A DNA stretch of 64,000 nucleotides from IMG/VR virus record IMGVR_UViG_3300005937_000199, positions 1-64,000 of that record. The stretch is one strand, 5' to 3'. How positions within the stretch are numbered: position 1 is the first letter of the stretch; the number at the start of each line of letters is the position of its first letter. This document shows positions 45,423 to 54,901 of this stretch, piece after piece. Both the position numbers and the translations under genes were made by a program. This DNA comes from a virus. Lineage: Duplodnaviria > Caudoviricetes. The notes beneath the pieces were generated by a model that did not search any database, had not been told where the DNA came from, and saw only the letters and a list, made by a program, of their open reading frames with translations.

Positions 45423-46925
45423 GTGAACATCCCTGTCATCATCGACAACTGTGTGCGGGTGGACGGCAACTACCTCGGTAACGATCTCGTGGAGCAGATC
45501 CTTGACGAGTTGACGCTGCTGAACCCCGCCTGGGTCGATGCGCGGCAGAATGGTAGGGATGAGGAGGACATCGCGAAGTGGATCATACTTGCTGAGCTTG
45601 GTGATGAGGAGTCCGGCGACACGCTGGTCATGCCGCGAGGCTACGCCTACGAGTTCAAGCTGCTGCTGCGCGAGCATGGGCACCGTGTCCAGTGGCTTGA
45701 CAGACGACAATGGCAGCGCGGAGCGGAGTTCGGTCACCCGCCTGACTTCCGCGATCACCAGGTCATCGCGGTGCGCAAGCTGCGTCACCATCAGCAGGGG
45801 ATCTATGAGGCACCGACTGGATCTGGCAAGACTGTTGCTATCTGTGGCCTGATCCAACTGCTCCACCCTGAGCGGTCTATCATCTTGGTTGACAAGATCG
45901 AGCTACTGCATCAGTGGCGCAAGGAGATGCTGGAGCACACCGGCATCCCGGAGCGTCTGCTCGGTCAGATCGGCCAGGGTAAGTGGATCGAGCGGCGCGT
46001 CACCGTTGCGACCGTTCAGACGCTCAGGAAGGCGCTCAGAGAGGGCCGGATTGATCGTGAGTGGTTCCGCCAGTGGGACCTGATGGATCTGGACGAGTGC
46101 CATCACGTGACCGCAGAGACAATCATGGAGCTTGTCAGTCTCTTCTGGTCGCGGATTCGGCTCGGCAATTCCGCCACGCCGGATCGGCAGGATGCGAAGT
46201 TTGACATTGCACTTGATGTGATAGGAGATGTCGTACACAGTGAAGCCGAAGACGAGCTACGAGAGGCGGGACTCATCGTTGCCCCCACGGTCTACAAGAT
46301 TCCAACCAACTTCACATTCCAGTACACCCGCGCCCACCAGTCGGGGCCGAACGGGCAGTGCGAGATCGAGAAGTGCAAGATCAAGCGGCAGCACAGCCAC
46401 CGCAACAACTACCACAAGCTTCGAGCGGCGCTGGTTGCTGATCCAGTCCGCAATGGTCTTGTCGCAAGTGCGCTCCTTGCGCAGATCGAGGAGGGACCGC
46501 ACGTCCACCTCGTGATCTCTGACGAGGTGCGTCACCTGGAGAACCTGATGATGGCGTACACGCACGCCGCCAAGCGGTTGAAGGTCAAGCTTCCACCAAC
46601 CTACCTGCTAACTGGCAAGACGCCGAAGGCACGGCGGGTCAAGATCATTAGTGAGGTCAACTCGCTTGATGATGTGGTGCTGTTCAGCACGGTGGCCAAG
46701 GAGGGCCTGGACGTGCCGATGATCGACCGCATCTACTTGCCCTTCCCCGGCAACAACCCGGCTGCTACAGAACAGAAGGTCGGCCGGGGCACACGCGGGC
46801 GCGACGGCAAGGGCGAGGTACTGGTGCTCGACTTCGTGGATGTCAATGTCAAGCTGCTGCGCAGGCACTTCAAGACGCGGCGGACGAAGGTGTACGACAA
46901 GCTCGGTCTGAAGGTCGTGCTCTGA
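45423..46925 (+). CDS. Superfamily II DNA helicase (UvsW/XPB-like)
   Basis: APTGSGKT, DECHH, SATPDR, EGLDVP, QKVGRGTR. Confidence 0.92.
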   Translation: MNIPVIIDNCVRVDGNYLGNDLVEQILDELTLLNPAWVDARQNGRDEEDIAKWIILAELGDEESGDTLVMPRGYAYEFKLLLREHGHRVQWLDRRQWQRGAEFGHPPDFRDHQVIAVRKLRHHQQGIYEAPTGSGKTVAICGLIQLLHPERSIILVDKIELLHQWRKEMLEHTGIPERLLGQIGQGKWIERRVTVATVQTLRKALREGRIDREWFRQWDLMDLDECHHVTAETIMELVSLFWSRIRLGNSATPDRQDAKFDIALDVIGDVVHSEAEDELREAGLIVAPTVYKIPTNFTFQYTRAHQSGPNGQCEIEKCKIKRQHSHRNNYHKLRAALVADPVRNGLVASALLAQIEEGPHVHLVISDEVRHLENLMMAYTHAAKRLKVKLPPTYLLTGKTPKARRVKIISEVNSLDDVVLFSTVAKEGLDVPMIDRIYLPFPGNNPAATEQKVGRGTRGRDGKGEVLVLDFVDVNVKLLRRHFKTRRTKVYDKLGLKVVL

Positions 46926-47110
46926 TGCCGTTCTACGCCGTCGTCTGGTGCAGTGATTGCAATGGAGTTGACTTCGAGGGCTGCTTCGACGGCGACGTGG
47001 AGCGCCACGGCCCGTTCGATACTTCAGCCGCCGCCGATGAAGTTGGCAAGTCGGTTGCTGATATGTGCCCAGGGATCTGGAAGTACGAGGTCGAGGAGAA
47101 GCCGGAGTGA
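46925..47110 (+). CDS. Small hypothetical protein
   Basis: TGATG coupling. Confidence 0.55.
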   Translation: MPFYAVVWCSDCNGVDFEGCFDGDVERHGPFDTSAAADEVGKSVADMCPGIWKYEVEEKPE

Positions 47111-47112
47111 CA

Positions 47113-47229
47113 ATGGCCCTGACAACTGATGACTTCGCATTGATCCTGATCATCTGGTTCCTCGTCATCGTCCTGGTTCTCTGGTGTCTCGGCCGCGTCC
47201 CCAAGGAGGATGATGATGATCGCCGCTGA
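47113..47229 (+). CDS. 38-aa single-TM peptide
   Basis: MALTTDDFALILIIWFLVIVLVLWCLGRVPKEDDDDRR. Confidence 0.55.
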   Translation: MALTTDDFALILIIWFLVIVLVLWCLGRVPKEDDDDRR

Positions 47230-47311
47230 GCAGATCACCGACTTCTGGATTCTCTTCTTCGTCCTCTGCGCCGCCGTCCTGATCGGAATCGCGATCTACT
47301 ACCAACGCTGA
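47216..47311 (+). CDS. 31-aa single-TM peptide
   Basis: AAGGAGG RBS; MIAAEQITDFWILFFVLCAAVLIGIAIYYQR; TGATG-coupled to RNase H. Confidence 0.6.
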   Translation: MIAAEQITDFWILFFVLCAAVLIGIAIYYQR

Positions 47312-47865
47312 TGCAATACAGAACAACATCCGGGCATCATGTCAAGAAGGTTGGTTTCGCCACGCTGCACATCGATGGCGGCTGTCGGCCGACCAACCCT
47401 GGACCGGCGGGGATGGCTGCCGTGGTCAACTTCCCAGCCTACGGCCTGCACTACGAACTCGCCCGCCCGCTCGGGATCAAGACCAACAACCAGGCCGAGT
47501 ACATCGCGCTGATCGTCGGCGTCAAGTACGCCCACACGCTCGGTGCCAATGGACTGGACATCTTCACGGACTCGAAGCTGGTGCTGAACCAGATGAAGGA
47601 TCTCTGGTACATCCGGGAGCGGCGGTTGTACGACCTACGCCACGAGGCACGCGGCTGGCTCGACGCGATGTTCGAGAAGAACTGGGAACTGACCTGGATA
47701 CCGCGCGAGCAGAACACCGAGGCCGATGCACTGTGCACGGAAGCGATCCTCTGCAACAACCCGTGGATTCCGAACTTCAAGGACCCCTTCCGGCCACCAC
47801 ACAAGCGCTGGTTTCCGCACAACCGGAGTGTGATGATCGAGGTCTGCCTGCCACATGCCAGGTAG
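47311..47865 (+). CDS. rnhA: Ribonuclease HI
   Basis: HIDGG...NPGPAG, TNNQAEY, TDSKLV, WIPREQNTEAD. Confidence 0.92.
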   Translation: MQYRTTSGHHVKKVGFATLHIDGGCRPTNPGPAGMAAVVNFPAYGLHYELARPLGIKTNNQAEYIALIVGVKYAHTLGANGLDIFTDSKLVLNQMKDLWYIRERRLYDLRHEARGWLDAMFEKNWELTWIPREQNTEADALCTEAILCNNPWIPNFKDPFRPPHKRWFPHNRSVMIEVCLPHAR

Positions 47866-48085
47866 ATTGTCGAATCGCTCCGTAAGGACTACTGGAATTC
47901 CTTCGGCTCCTATAGTCCCAATAGGAAGATATAAAGAAGGTTGATATAAGATACCGACATCCCCTCCCAGCCGCCCTTGACCCTACCATGCCATCCAAAC
48001 TGGCATTCAAGGACTCTGAGAGAAGTACCATCCACCACAGAAAACCCTACTCGCCCCGTCAAACTTCAGAACCAGAGCCAAATCC
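47866..48085. other. AT-rich non-coding segment, candidate replication origin or promoter region
   Basis: ...ATAGGAAGATATAAAGAAGGTTGATATAAGATACC..., with GATATAA twice; far lower GC than flanks. Confidence 0.35.
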
Positions 48086-48763
48086 ATGCCTCATATGATC
48101 TCGACCAAGCGTGAGGATCGTCCGCCGACGCGCGAGCCGGGACGCTTCTACATCGATGAACTCGCGAAGCTCCTGAACCGCCGCCCGGACACGATCCGGC
48201 GATGGGAGGGAACAGAGACAAATCCTGGTAGGCTGCCCGCACACCTCATCCCCCGGCGTGGGACCCGCGACTGGCGCTACTGGACTGACAGCCAGGTGTA
48301 TGGAGCGCGTGGAATCATCGCTTGGAAGGAACGCGAAGACATGCGACCTGGCAACTTCTTCACCGACGCTTCACAGGAGGAGAACCATATCCGTCGCCTG
48401 CGCGTGCCGAAGCTGATCGATGAGGAGTTGCTGGAGGAGATCCACAAGTACGCCTACGTGATCTCACGTGGTCCGAACAAGGGCAAGTGGGCACGGTCGC
48501 GGGATTGGATCATCAAGACGTACTACCCACAGAGTAGGTATCTGACGGTCGAGAACTTCCTGCGTGCAGTGCAACGCTACTTCGCGGAGCGCGGCTGGCC
48601 GTTCCCACCACCGTCAGACCGTGCCGTCAAGGCGTCGAACAAGAAGCGTGTCAAGACTCGCAAGGCCAACGAGCGTGCTGCCAAGCGGGCTGCTAGGGAC
48701 CCGGAGATTCGTGCCATCGAGCGCGAGGCTGATCGACTGATCCGCATCACTAACAATAGGTAA
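48086..48763 (+). CDS. MerR-like HTH DNA-binding protein
   Basis: FYIDELAKLLNRRPDTIRRWE...RYWTDSQV. Confidence 0.75.
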   Translation: MPHMISTKREDRPPTREPGRFYIDELAKLLNRRPDTIRRWEGTETNPGRLPAHLIPRRGTRDWRYWTDSQVYGARGIIAWKEREDMRPGNFFTDASQEENHIRRLRVPKLIDEELLEEIHKYAYVISRGPNKGKWARSRDWIIKTYYPQSRYLTVENFLRAVQRYFAERGWPFPPPSDRAVKASNKKRVKTRKANERAAKRAARDPEIRAIEREADRLIRITNNR

Positions 48764-48771
48764 GGGGATAT

Positions 48772-49359
48772 ATGCCAGTTCGCAAGCCACCCGCTCGCAA
48801 AGCGCGGGGCAATCACACTGCTGTCACGGTCAAGCCTCCGGCTCGCCGTCCGGCGCGGCGCACAAGCCCGCGCGTTGAGGGAGACGAACCTGCTTCGACG
48901 GCCGGAGCCGTGCGCGAGCGCGTTACGCGCAACGTCACCGCTACTGCCAAGGTGGTTGATGGTGAAGTCTTGATCATCGGCCAGATCGCGGAGAAGGTGC
49001 CCGTCGCCCAGTTCGCCAACGTGGAGATCCTGTCCGGCTTCCAGTGGAAGCTCGGCGGCATCAACATGGAGGATCTGATCGATGTCGAGTGGGGTGACAT
49101 CGACGGCGACGAGGACTCGGACACCTACGGTGAGTCCACGTTCGACTACAGCGCCATGACACCGCGACAACAAGTTGCTTACGACCGCATCATGGGCGCG
49201 CGGAGGGCAACCATGAAGGTGCTGGAGCACGGCACCGCAGAGGACCGTGAGACGGTCGAGCGCAGCGTCAGAATGCACAACGAGCGGTTGGCCGAGGAAG
49301 AGGCTGCCGAGGCGAAGGCAGAGAACGCCAAGCGCCAGCGCAGACGCGCGTCGAGCTAG
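48772..49359 (+). CDS. Hypothetical protein
   Basis: AAGGGGA RBS. Confidence 0.7.
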   Translation: MPVRKPPARKARGNHTAVTVKPPARRPARRTSPRVEGDEPASTAGAVRERVTRNVTATAKVVDGEVLIIGQIAEKVPVAQFANVEILSGFQWKLGGINMEDLIDVEWGDIDGDEDSDTYGESTFDYSAMTPRQQVAYDRIMGARRATMKVLEHGTAEDRETVERSVRMHNERLAEEEAAEAKAENAKRQRRRASS

Positions 49360-49361
49360 CT

Positions 49362-50654
49362 GTGGCAGATGTGGAAACAACGTTGGTATGGTCGGCCATC
49401 CAGAATGGCGACTTTGCCGATGTCATCACCCGTGGAGTCGAGTCCGATCACTTCGTTGACGACGACGTTGCCACAGTCTACGAGTGGGCGCAGGACTTCT
49501 TTGTGGCGCACAAGCGCCAGCCCACAGCAGAGGCGATGTCAATCGAGTTTCCACACTTCAAGGCGCGACTGAGCAAGGAGCCGACGAGCTACCACCTAGA
49601 TCGCTTCATCCGGCAGGTCAAGCAACGCGAGGCTGAGGAGGGCCTGCGCGACTTCTTCGACATGCTCGAAGACCCGAACGAGATCGATGACATCGAGATG
49701 CACGCGCTCGAATTTGCACATCGACTTGTTGAAGTCGTACCGGTGCCGCAGGCGATGTTCTTGGGCAAGGGCGCGACCGGCCGCAAGGAGGTCTACGACT
49801 ACCGCAAGGAACACGGCATCCAGCATGGCCTGATGATGGGGATACCGACGTTCGATCACCTGATGCTCGGGATGCAGCCGCACGAGTTGACGGTCTACGC
49901 CGGTCCTCCTGGCAGTGGCAAGACGACTGGTATGCAGTACACGTCGCTGCACGTCTACACGAACCACGGGATCAATGTGCTGTTCGTGTCACTGGAGGTC
50001 GAGGGCGAGCAGATCCTCCGCAAGTTCGACACCATGCTCAGTGGCATCAGCTACCGGGCGCTGAAGGCGATGGATCTCGATGTCGGCTCCGAGCGGCGCT
50101 GGACCGAGATCCTGGAGCGCTGCGAGCGCGAGAGCATGGAACGCGACATCGTGATCCGGGACGACATTCGCAACTGCACTGTTGACAAGGTGATTGCTGA
50201 ATCGATTCGGTTCAAGCCGGGGCTGGTCGCGGTGGATTACCTGGAGGAGATGCGCTCGCGCAAAGGGCTGGCCGACTGGGAGAGCGTGCGTGACAACGCG
50301 CGTGGACTCAAACAGCAGGCGCGGGTAACGAAGACGCCGTACATCACCGGCACACAGATCAACCGCGACGGCGACACCGCTCACCAGTCGATTCACAAGA
50401 TCGCGGATACGCTGATCCAACTGGTGCCGGACGAGGACGACGAGAAGGTGATGCTGTATCGTCTCCTCAAATATCGCGACGGACCATCACGCAAGGAGGC
50501 GTTGATGCGCTGGGATCTGGATCGGATGGACATCGGTGAGATCGCTCACCGCAAGGAGTACCCCGCCCTCAAGGGACGGACAAATGGCAATCAGCCTGCC
50601 AGGCCACCGAGAAGGCCACGGCCGACGAGCCTGAGGAGTCTCCGTGTCCGCTGA
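49362..50654 (+). CDS. dnaB: Replicative DNA helicase, DnaB-like
   Basis: AGPPGSGKT, FVSLE, AVDYL, TQINR, ADTLI, KYRDGP. Confidence 0.9.
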   Translation: MADVETTLVWSAIQNGDFADVITRGVESDHFVDDDVATVYEWAQDFFVAHKRQPTAEAMSIEFPHFKARLSKEPTSYHLDRFIRQVKQREAEEGLRDFFDMLEDPNEIDDIEMHALEFAHRLVEVVPVPQAMFLGKGATGRKEVYDYRKEHGIQHGLMMGIPTFDHLMLGMQPHELTVYAGPPGSGKTTGMQYTSLHVYTNHGINVLFVSLEVEGEQILRKFDTMLSGISYRALKAMDLDVGSERRWTEILERCERESMERDIVIRDDIRNCTVDKVIAESIRFKPGLVAVDYLEEMRSRKGLADWESVRDNARGLKQQARVTKTPYITGTQINRDGDTAHQSIHKIADTLIQLVPDEDDEKVMLYRLLKYRDGPSRKEALMRWDLDRMDIGEIAHRKEYPALKGRTNGNQPARPPRRPRPTSLRSLRVR

Positions 50655-50892
50655 GATGCCGGAGAGTGCAGCCCGCTTGCTATCGGCTCTGGTGGACATC
50701 GAGGACCGCGCCATTGAAGTCGCTCGCGCGGGTGGGTGCCGCTGCCACCGGCCCGTGGAGGGCGTGGATCGCGAGTATCCGTACGCGAGGTTTGATCGCG
50801 CCCGCTCTGTGGGTAGACCGTTCGATCAGATCGAGTGGGAGTTGATCCATGAGCCGGGATGCCCGATGGATGGTCAGACGGGGACCGGCTGA
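50644..50892 (+). CDS. Hypothetical protein
   Basis: Overlapping operon ORF. Confidence 0.55.
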   Translation: MSAEMPESAARLLSALVDIEDRAIEVARAGGCRCHRPVEGVDREYPYARFDRARSVGRPFDQIEWELIHEPGCPMDGQTGTG

Positions 50893-51410
50893 TGGCCGCG
50901 CAACCAGGTACTTGGAGGAGAGAGTTCGGCAACTTCTATGTCGAGCCTGACGGTTCGTTCGTAGAGCGAGAGTTCCAGATCGCAAAGCACGACGGGGATC
51001 GTATCTGGCAGCTTGTCATCAAGCGTGCACGGACGCCGCGACGAGCCAAGGCCCTAGGTGCCGAACGTCGGCTCACGGAGGAGCGGCTTTGCGACTGGAA
51101 TGATCGCCGTGTCGATGTGATGCTGGCGCTGGTTGATCGCAAGATCGAGGACTGGCCATTCATCGCTGACATGTTGGTTGCCACTGGCTCCAAGAACATC
51201 GTGGAGTTCAACCGGCACCACGACAACTTTTGGGGCGATTGCACGTGTGCTCGGTGCTACAAGATCGGGCAGAACTGGCTTGGCGAGACGTTGATGCTGG
51301 TGCGCAGGCGGCTCGTGGAAGGCAAGTCCTACCCGTTCGTGCATACCGAGGAGGACATGCACCTGATCGCCGCCTCCCAGCCTCCGCACCGCCGTGCCTC
51401 GCGACCTTAG
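50892..51410 (+). CDS. NADAR (YbiA/DUF1768) family hydrolase
   Basis: FGNFY, EREFQIAK, PRRAKALG, LVATG..IVE...DNFWG, GQNWLGETLM.VR. Confidence 0.88.
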   Translation: MAAQPGTWRREFGNFYVEPDGSFVEREFQIAKHDGDRIWQLVIKRARTPRRAKALGAERRLTEERLCDWNDRRVDVMLALVDRKIEDWPFIADMLVATGSKNIVEFNRHHDNFWGDCTCARCYKIGQNWLGETLMLVRRRLVEGKSYPFVHTEEDMHLIAASQPPHRRASRP

Positions 51411-52560
51411 TAGGACTGTCAAGCGACTTGGCGAACGTCCGGCGTGGCTGGATCAGGTACCGGCGCGCGAGATGCTGGAGGAGCTAGGCGTCGAGAACAT
51501 CACCGACGCCTCGTTTGACGAGCTTCTGTTCTCGTGCCCGTTCGATGGCCACGCGCACGGTGACGAACGCCCGAGCGCGTACATGAACACCGGGGCCAAG
51601 GTCGCGCACATGGCGACCGTGTGGGTCTGCCACGGTTGTGGGCGCAGTGGCAATGCGATTGGCTTCGTTGCCGAATACTCTGGCATCACGCGCCAGCGCG
51701 CGAAGATCGAACTGCGCGAGCGCTTTGCTCCCGGCTGGCACAAGCCACGCGGCGGTTCGATGCGCGCGGAGTACGAGCTACGGCAGATGCAGCGCATAGA
51801 GCTAGAGCGCGATGCCTACCCGGAGATCCCGACGCTCGACTGGGAGATGTACGCGCAGCGCTACGAGGTGGACTGGCCCAGCTTCGAGGACGTGGAGTCG
51901 CCCGAGGTCCAGTACATGTTCGAGCGTGGCTTCACAGCAAGGGACTTGTCAGAGTGGCGGATCGGCTGGGATGAGGATTCCGACCGCATCACGATCCCCG
52001 TCTGCACGCCGGACGGTGAGCTTGTCGGGATGAAGGGGCGCGCGTGGGACAAGGGCGTACGGATGAAGTACCGCGTGCTCGGAGACACCGAGAAGACGAT
52101 CCGGCGCAACGGGGTTGTCTATGGGTTCGAGCCGTACTTGAAGAGTCAGGTAGTATTCGGTCTGCACATGTGGGGTCCACAACAGACCTACGTGTGGGAT
52201 GAGGGCGAGATCAACGTGATGTCCTGGCGCAAGTTCGGAATCCCAGCGTTCTCCACCGGCTCGGCGTCGATGTCTGACGCCCAGGCGAAGGTCATTCGCG
52301 AGTTCTGCGACGAGGTGGTTGTGTTCGTGGATGACAACAAGGCTGGTGAACATGGGACGTGGGGCTACACCGACAAGGACGGCGAGTACCACCCCGGCGC
52401 GGTCGCCAGACTGTCCCCGCACATGGCCGTGCGAATCGCAGACACGCACGTCGCGGACGCGAACGACATGCTCGTGGCAGGCAAGCTCTGGCTAGCCCGC
52501 CGCCTCATCTACAGCGCCAAACCAGCGTGGCGGGGGCAGGTTCCGGGGGGCCTGCTATGA
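51394..52560 (+). CDS. dnaG: DNA primase (CHC2 Zn finger plus TOPRIM)
   Basis: CPFDGH...CHGCG; RITIP...GR; EGEINV...DDNKAG. Confidence 0.88.
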   Translation: MPRDLSRTVKRLGERPAWLDQVPAREMLEELGVENITDASFDELLFSCPFDGHAHGDERPSAYMNTGAKVAHMATVWVCHGCGRSGNAIGFVAEYSGITRQRAKIELRERFAPGWHKPRGGSMRAEYELRQMQRIELERDAYPEIPTLDWEMYAQRYEVDWPSFEDVESPEVQYMFERGFTARDLSEWRIGWDEDSDRITIPVCTPDGELVGMKGRAWDKGVRMKYRVLGDTEKTIRRNGVVYGFEPYLKSQVVFGLHMWGPQQTYVWDEGEINVMSWRKFGIPAFSTGSASMSDAQAKVIREFCDEVVVFVDDNKAGEHGTWGYTDKDGEYHPGAVARLSPHMAVRIADTHVADANDMLVAGKLWLARRLIYSAKPAWRGQVPGGLL

Positions 52561-52628
52561 TCCCGCCACACCACAGGGCCAGTGCCCGAGCGATCTAAGA
52601 GCGAACCGAATCCATACAAAGGAGCGAA

Positions 52629-53615
52629 GTGCCAGCACCACCGAGACGCCCCCGGCCAGCGGGCGTGAGGCCGAAGCGAGCGGCAACGTCGAGCAACGCA
52701 GGACTTGGCAATGTGGATGCCATCCTGGAGCGACAAGCCGAGAAGCGCGCGGCCGGACGAACGAACTGGGTGAAGGTGTCGGACGACGAGGAGTATCCGA
52801 CCGTCATCCGGGCGTACGACGTGAGCGAAGGGATGTTCCGTGACGGGTACATCCACCAGGTCGAGTTCGAGATCGACGTGGAAGATCGCAAGCGACGTGG
52901 CAAGACCAAGACCATCACGATCCGGCGCGACCGGATGTGCTTGGATCAGGACGAAGAGGGCGAGCCGTGCCCTGGCTGCCGGGATGAACTGGAGCGCCGC
53001 TTCAAGTTCTGGCTGCCGGTCATCGAACGTGACGCCCCGATTGTCACTGACGCAGGGAAGATCACGGGCTACCAGGATCGCGTTGCGCTCCTGTCAGGTG
53101 GCTCGCGCCTGGTCGCGGTGCTGAACCGCATCCAGAAGAAGAAGGGACTTGTCAACCAGGATGTCGAGCTTACGAAGTCCGGCGAGGGCTTCAACGTCCA
53201 GTACGCAGGCGATGCGCTGTCGCGTACACCGTTGTCCGACGATGACAAGAAGATGATCAAGGACTTCGATGCCGAGAAGAAGCTGGATCGGTACACCGAG
53301 GTCTTCGACTTCGATCACTTCTTCGATCCACCTGGCAAGTCCGAGGACGACGAGGACGACGATGACAAGGACGTTGGCGAGCGCTCCCGTCGTCGTGGAT
53401 CGGCGTTCGGCCCCCGCCCCGGCCGGGGTCGCCCTTCCCAGCGTGACGATGATGACGACGATGGCGATGATCGCCCGCGCCGTCAGCGCCGCTCAGGCCG
53501 TTCGTCAGCCGGTGGCCGTAAGCCAGGCCGCTTGGCAGGACTGAGTGCCCAAGACGACGGGGATGAACCCCGTTCCTCGCGGCGTCGGCCCCCACGCCGT
53601 CGGCCGCCCCGATAA
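52629..53615 (+). CDS. Single-stranded DNA-binding protein (T4 gp32-like)
   Basis: CL......CPGC, KFWLPVIER, acidic/Arg-rich tail. Confidence 0.75.
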   Translation: MPAPPRRPRPAGVRPKRAATSSNAGLGNVDAILERQAEKRAAGRTNWVKVSDDEEYPTVIRAYDVSEGMFRDGYIHQVEFEIDVEDRKRRGKTKTITIRRDRMCLDQDEEGEPCPGCRDELERRFKFWLPVIERDAPIVTDAGKITGYQDRVALLSGGSRLVAVLNRIQKKKGLVNQDVELTKSGEGFNVQYAGDALSRTPLSDDDKKMIKDFDAEKKLDRYTEVFDFDHFFDPPGKSEDDEDDDDKDVGERSRRRGSAFGPRPGRGRPSQRDDDDDDGDDRPRRQRRSGRSSAGGRKPGRLAGLSAQDDGDEPRSSRRRPPRRRPPR

Positions 53616-53648
53616 CCAACCGATCCATCGAAGGAGGATCAAAGTAGC

Positions 53649-54104
53649 ATGGACGTTTACATCTACCAGGAGCAGACCCGCAAGGTCCGTGGCGAGGACA
53701 CGATCTTGCTGGCCCCCATCGGAGTGCTGGAAGGCTTCGATGACGAGGACGCGGCGCTGGAGGCGCTGATCGAGGCCGAGCCGTCGTACCTCGGCGTGGA
53801 GCTTGTCATCTTCACGCAGGAGCCGCAGTACATCACCGCCGCCGAGCCGCCGCCCACGAAGTACGTCTTCCAGCGGCGCAACGGCAGCGGCGCGGTCGTG
53901 GAGGAGGAGCCGGAGGCCGAGCCGGAGGAGGAGCCGGAACCGGAACCGGTCGCCGTCGCGACCAAGCGCCGACCGGCTGCCAAGAAGCCTGCCGCTTCCA
54001 AGAAGCCCCCGGCCAAGAAGCGCCCCGCCACCCGTGCGGGAACGCGGGCCGGTGCCGGTGGGCGGAAGTCGCCCTTCACCGCCAACGCCAAGTCAGCCGA
54101 GTAG
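53649..54104 (+). CDS. Hypothetical protein with acidic EP repeat and PAKK tail
   Basis: EEEPEAEPEEEPEPEP then PAAKKPAASKKPPAKK. Confidence 0.7.
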   Translation: MDVYIYQEQTRKVRGEDTILLAPIGVLEGFDDEDAALEALIEAEPSYLGVELVIFTQEPQYITAAEPPPTKYVFQRRNGSGAVVEEEPEAEPEEEPEPEPVAVATKRRPAAKKPAASKKPPAKKRPATRAGTRAGAGGRKSPFTANAKSAE

Positions 54105-54106
54105 TC

Positions 54107-54901
54107 GTGGAGGGTGATCCGTTTCTGATCGCCCTTCACAGTGTCAAGGGGGCTGGCAAGGACACAACGTACGGCTTCATTCAGGAGTGGTGCGAACGGT
54201 CCAAGCCAGCCCTCTCGGCTGTCAAGAGGGGGTTCGCAGACAAGGCCAAGTGGGCTTATGCCCGCCAGTTCTTCCCGACGATCTCGGAGGAGGACGCCAT
54301 CAAGTGGGTTGATGCTCTCAAGGACACCGACGCCAAGATCATCTTCCCCAGCTTCGATCCAGTGCCGAGCGGTGGCAGGTCGGATGGCATCTGGAAGGAC
54401 ACTGTAGCCCCGTTCAGGCTGCACATGGCGCGCTTTGCTACGGAGAGCGCCCGCGAGATCTACGGCTATGACCACTGGGTTGACCAGGTGCTCCCACTGG
54501 AGGCCAATGACAGGAACCCGGAGGGCTGGCGCGGTAACTTCCTGGTGCCGCCGCGTAGTGAAGCTGACTTCCCGTACAGCTTTGCACACTACGCTGTCAT
54601 CACCGACATGCGCTTCGAGAACGAGGTCGAGCGTGTGCTGGCGCTTCGTGGACTACGGGTGAAGATCCGCCGTCGCGATGCTGAGAAGGCTGTGATCGCA
54701 GAGGCCGAGCGCGAGGGCCGCAAGGTTCACGATAGTGAGCTTGGCCTGCCGGACGAGATGTTCGATGTCGTCATCGGCAACAGTGACAACAACCTTGTCG
54801 AAGCTCGCCGCAAGACGTGGCACATGCTGCACGAGATCGAGTACAACGGCATCGAGTCGATCCGGCGAGGACGACCACTGCCCTGGAAGATCGGATACTG
54901 A
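54107..54901 (+). CDS. Deoxynucleoside monophosphate kinase
   Basis: P-loop-like HSVKGAGKDT, FADKAK, VITDMRFENE. Confidence 0.8.
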   Translation: MEGDPFLIALHSVKGAGKDTTYGFIQEWCERSKPALSAVKRGFADKAKWAYARQFFPTISEEDAIKWVDALKDTDAKIIFPSFDPVPSGGRSDGIWKDTVAPFRLHMARFATESAREIYGYDHWVDQVLPLEANDRNPEGWRGNFLVPPRSEADFPYSFAHYAVITDMRFENEVERVLALRGLRVKIRRRDAEKAVIAEAEREGRKVHDSELGLPDEMFDVVIGNSDNNLVEARRKTWHMLHEIEYNGIESIRRGRPLPWKIGY

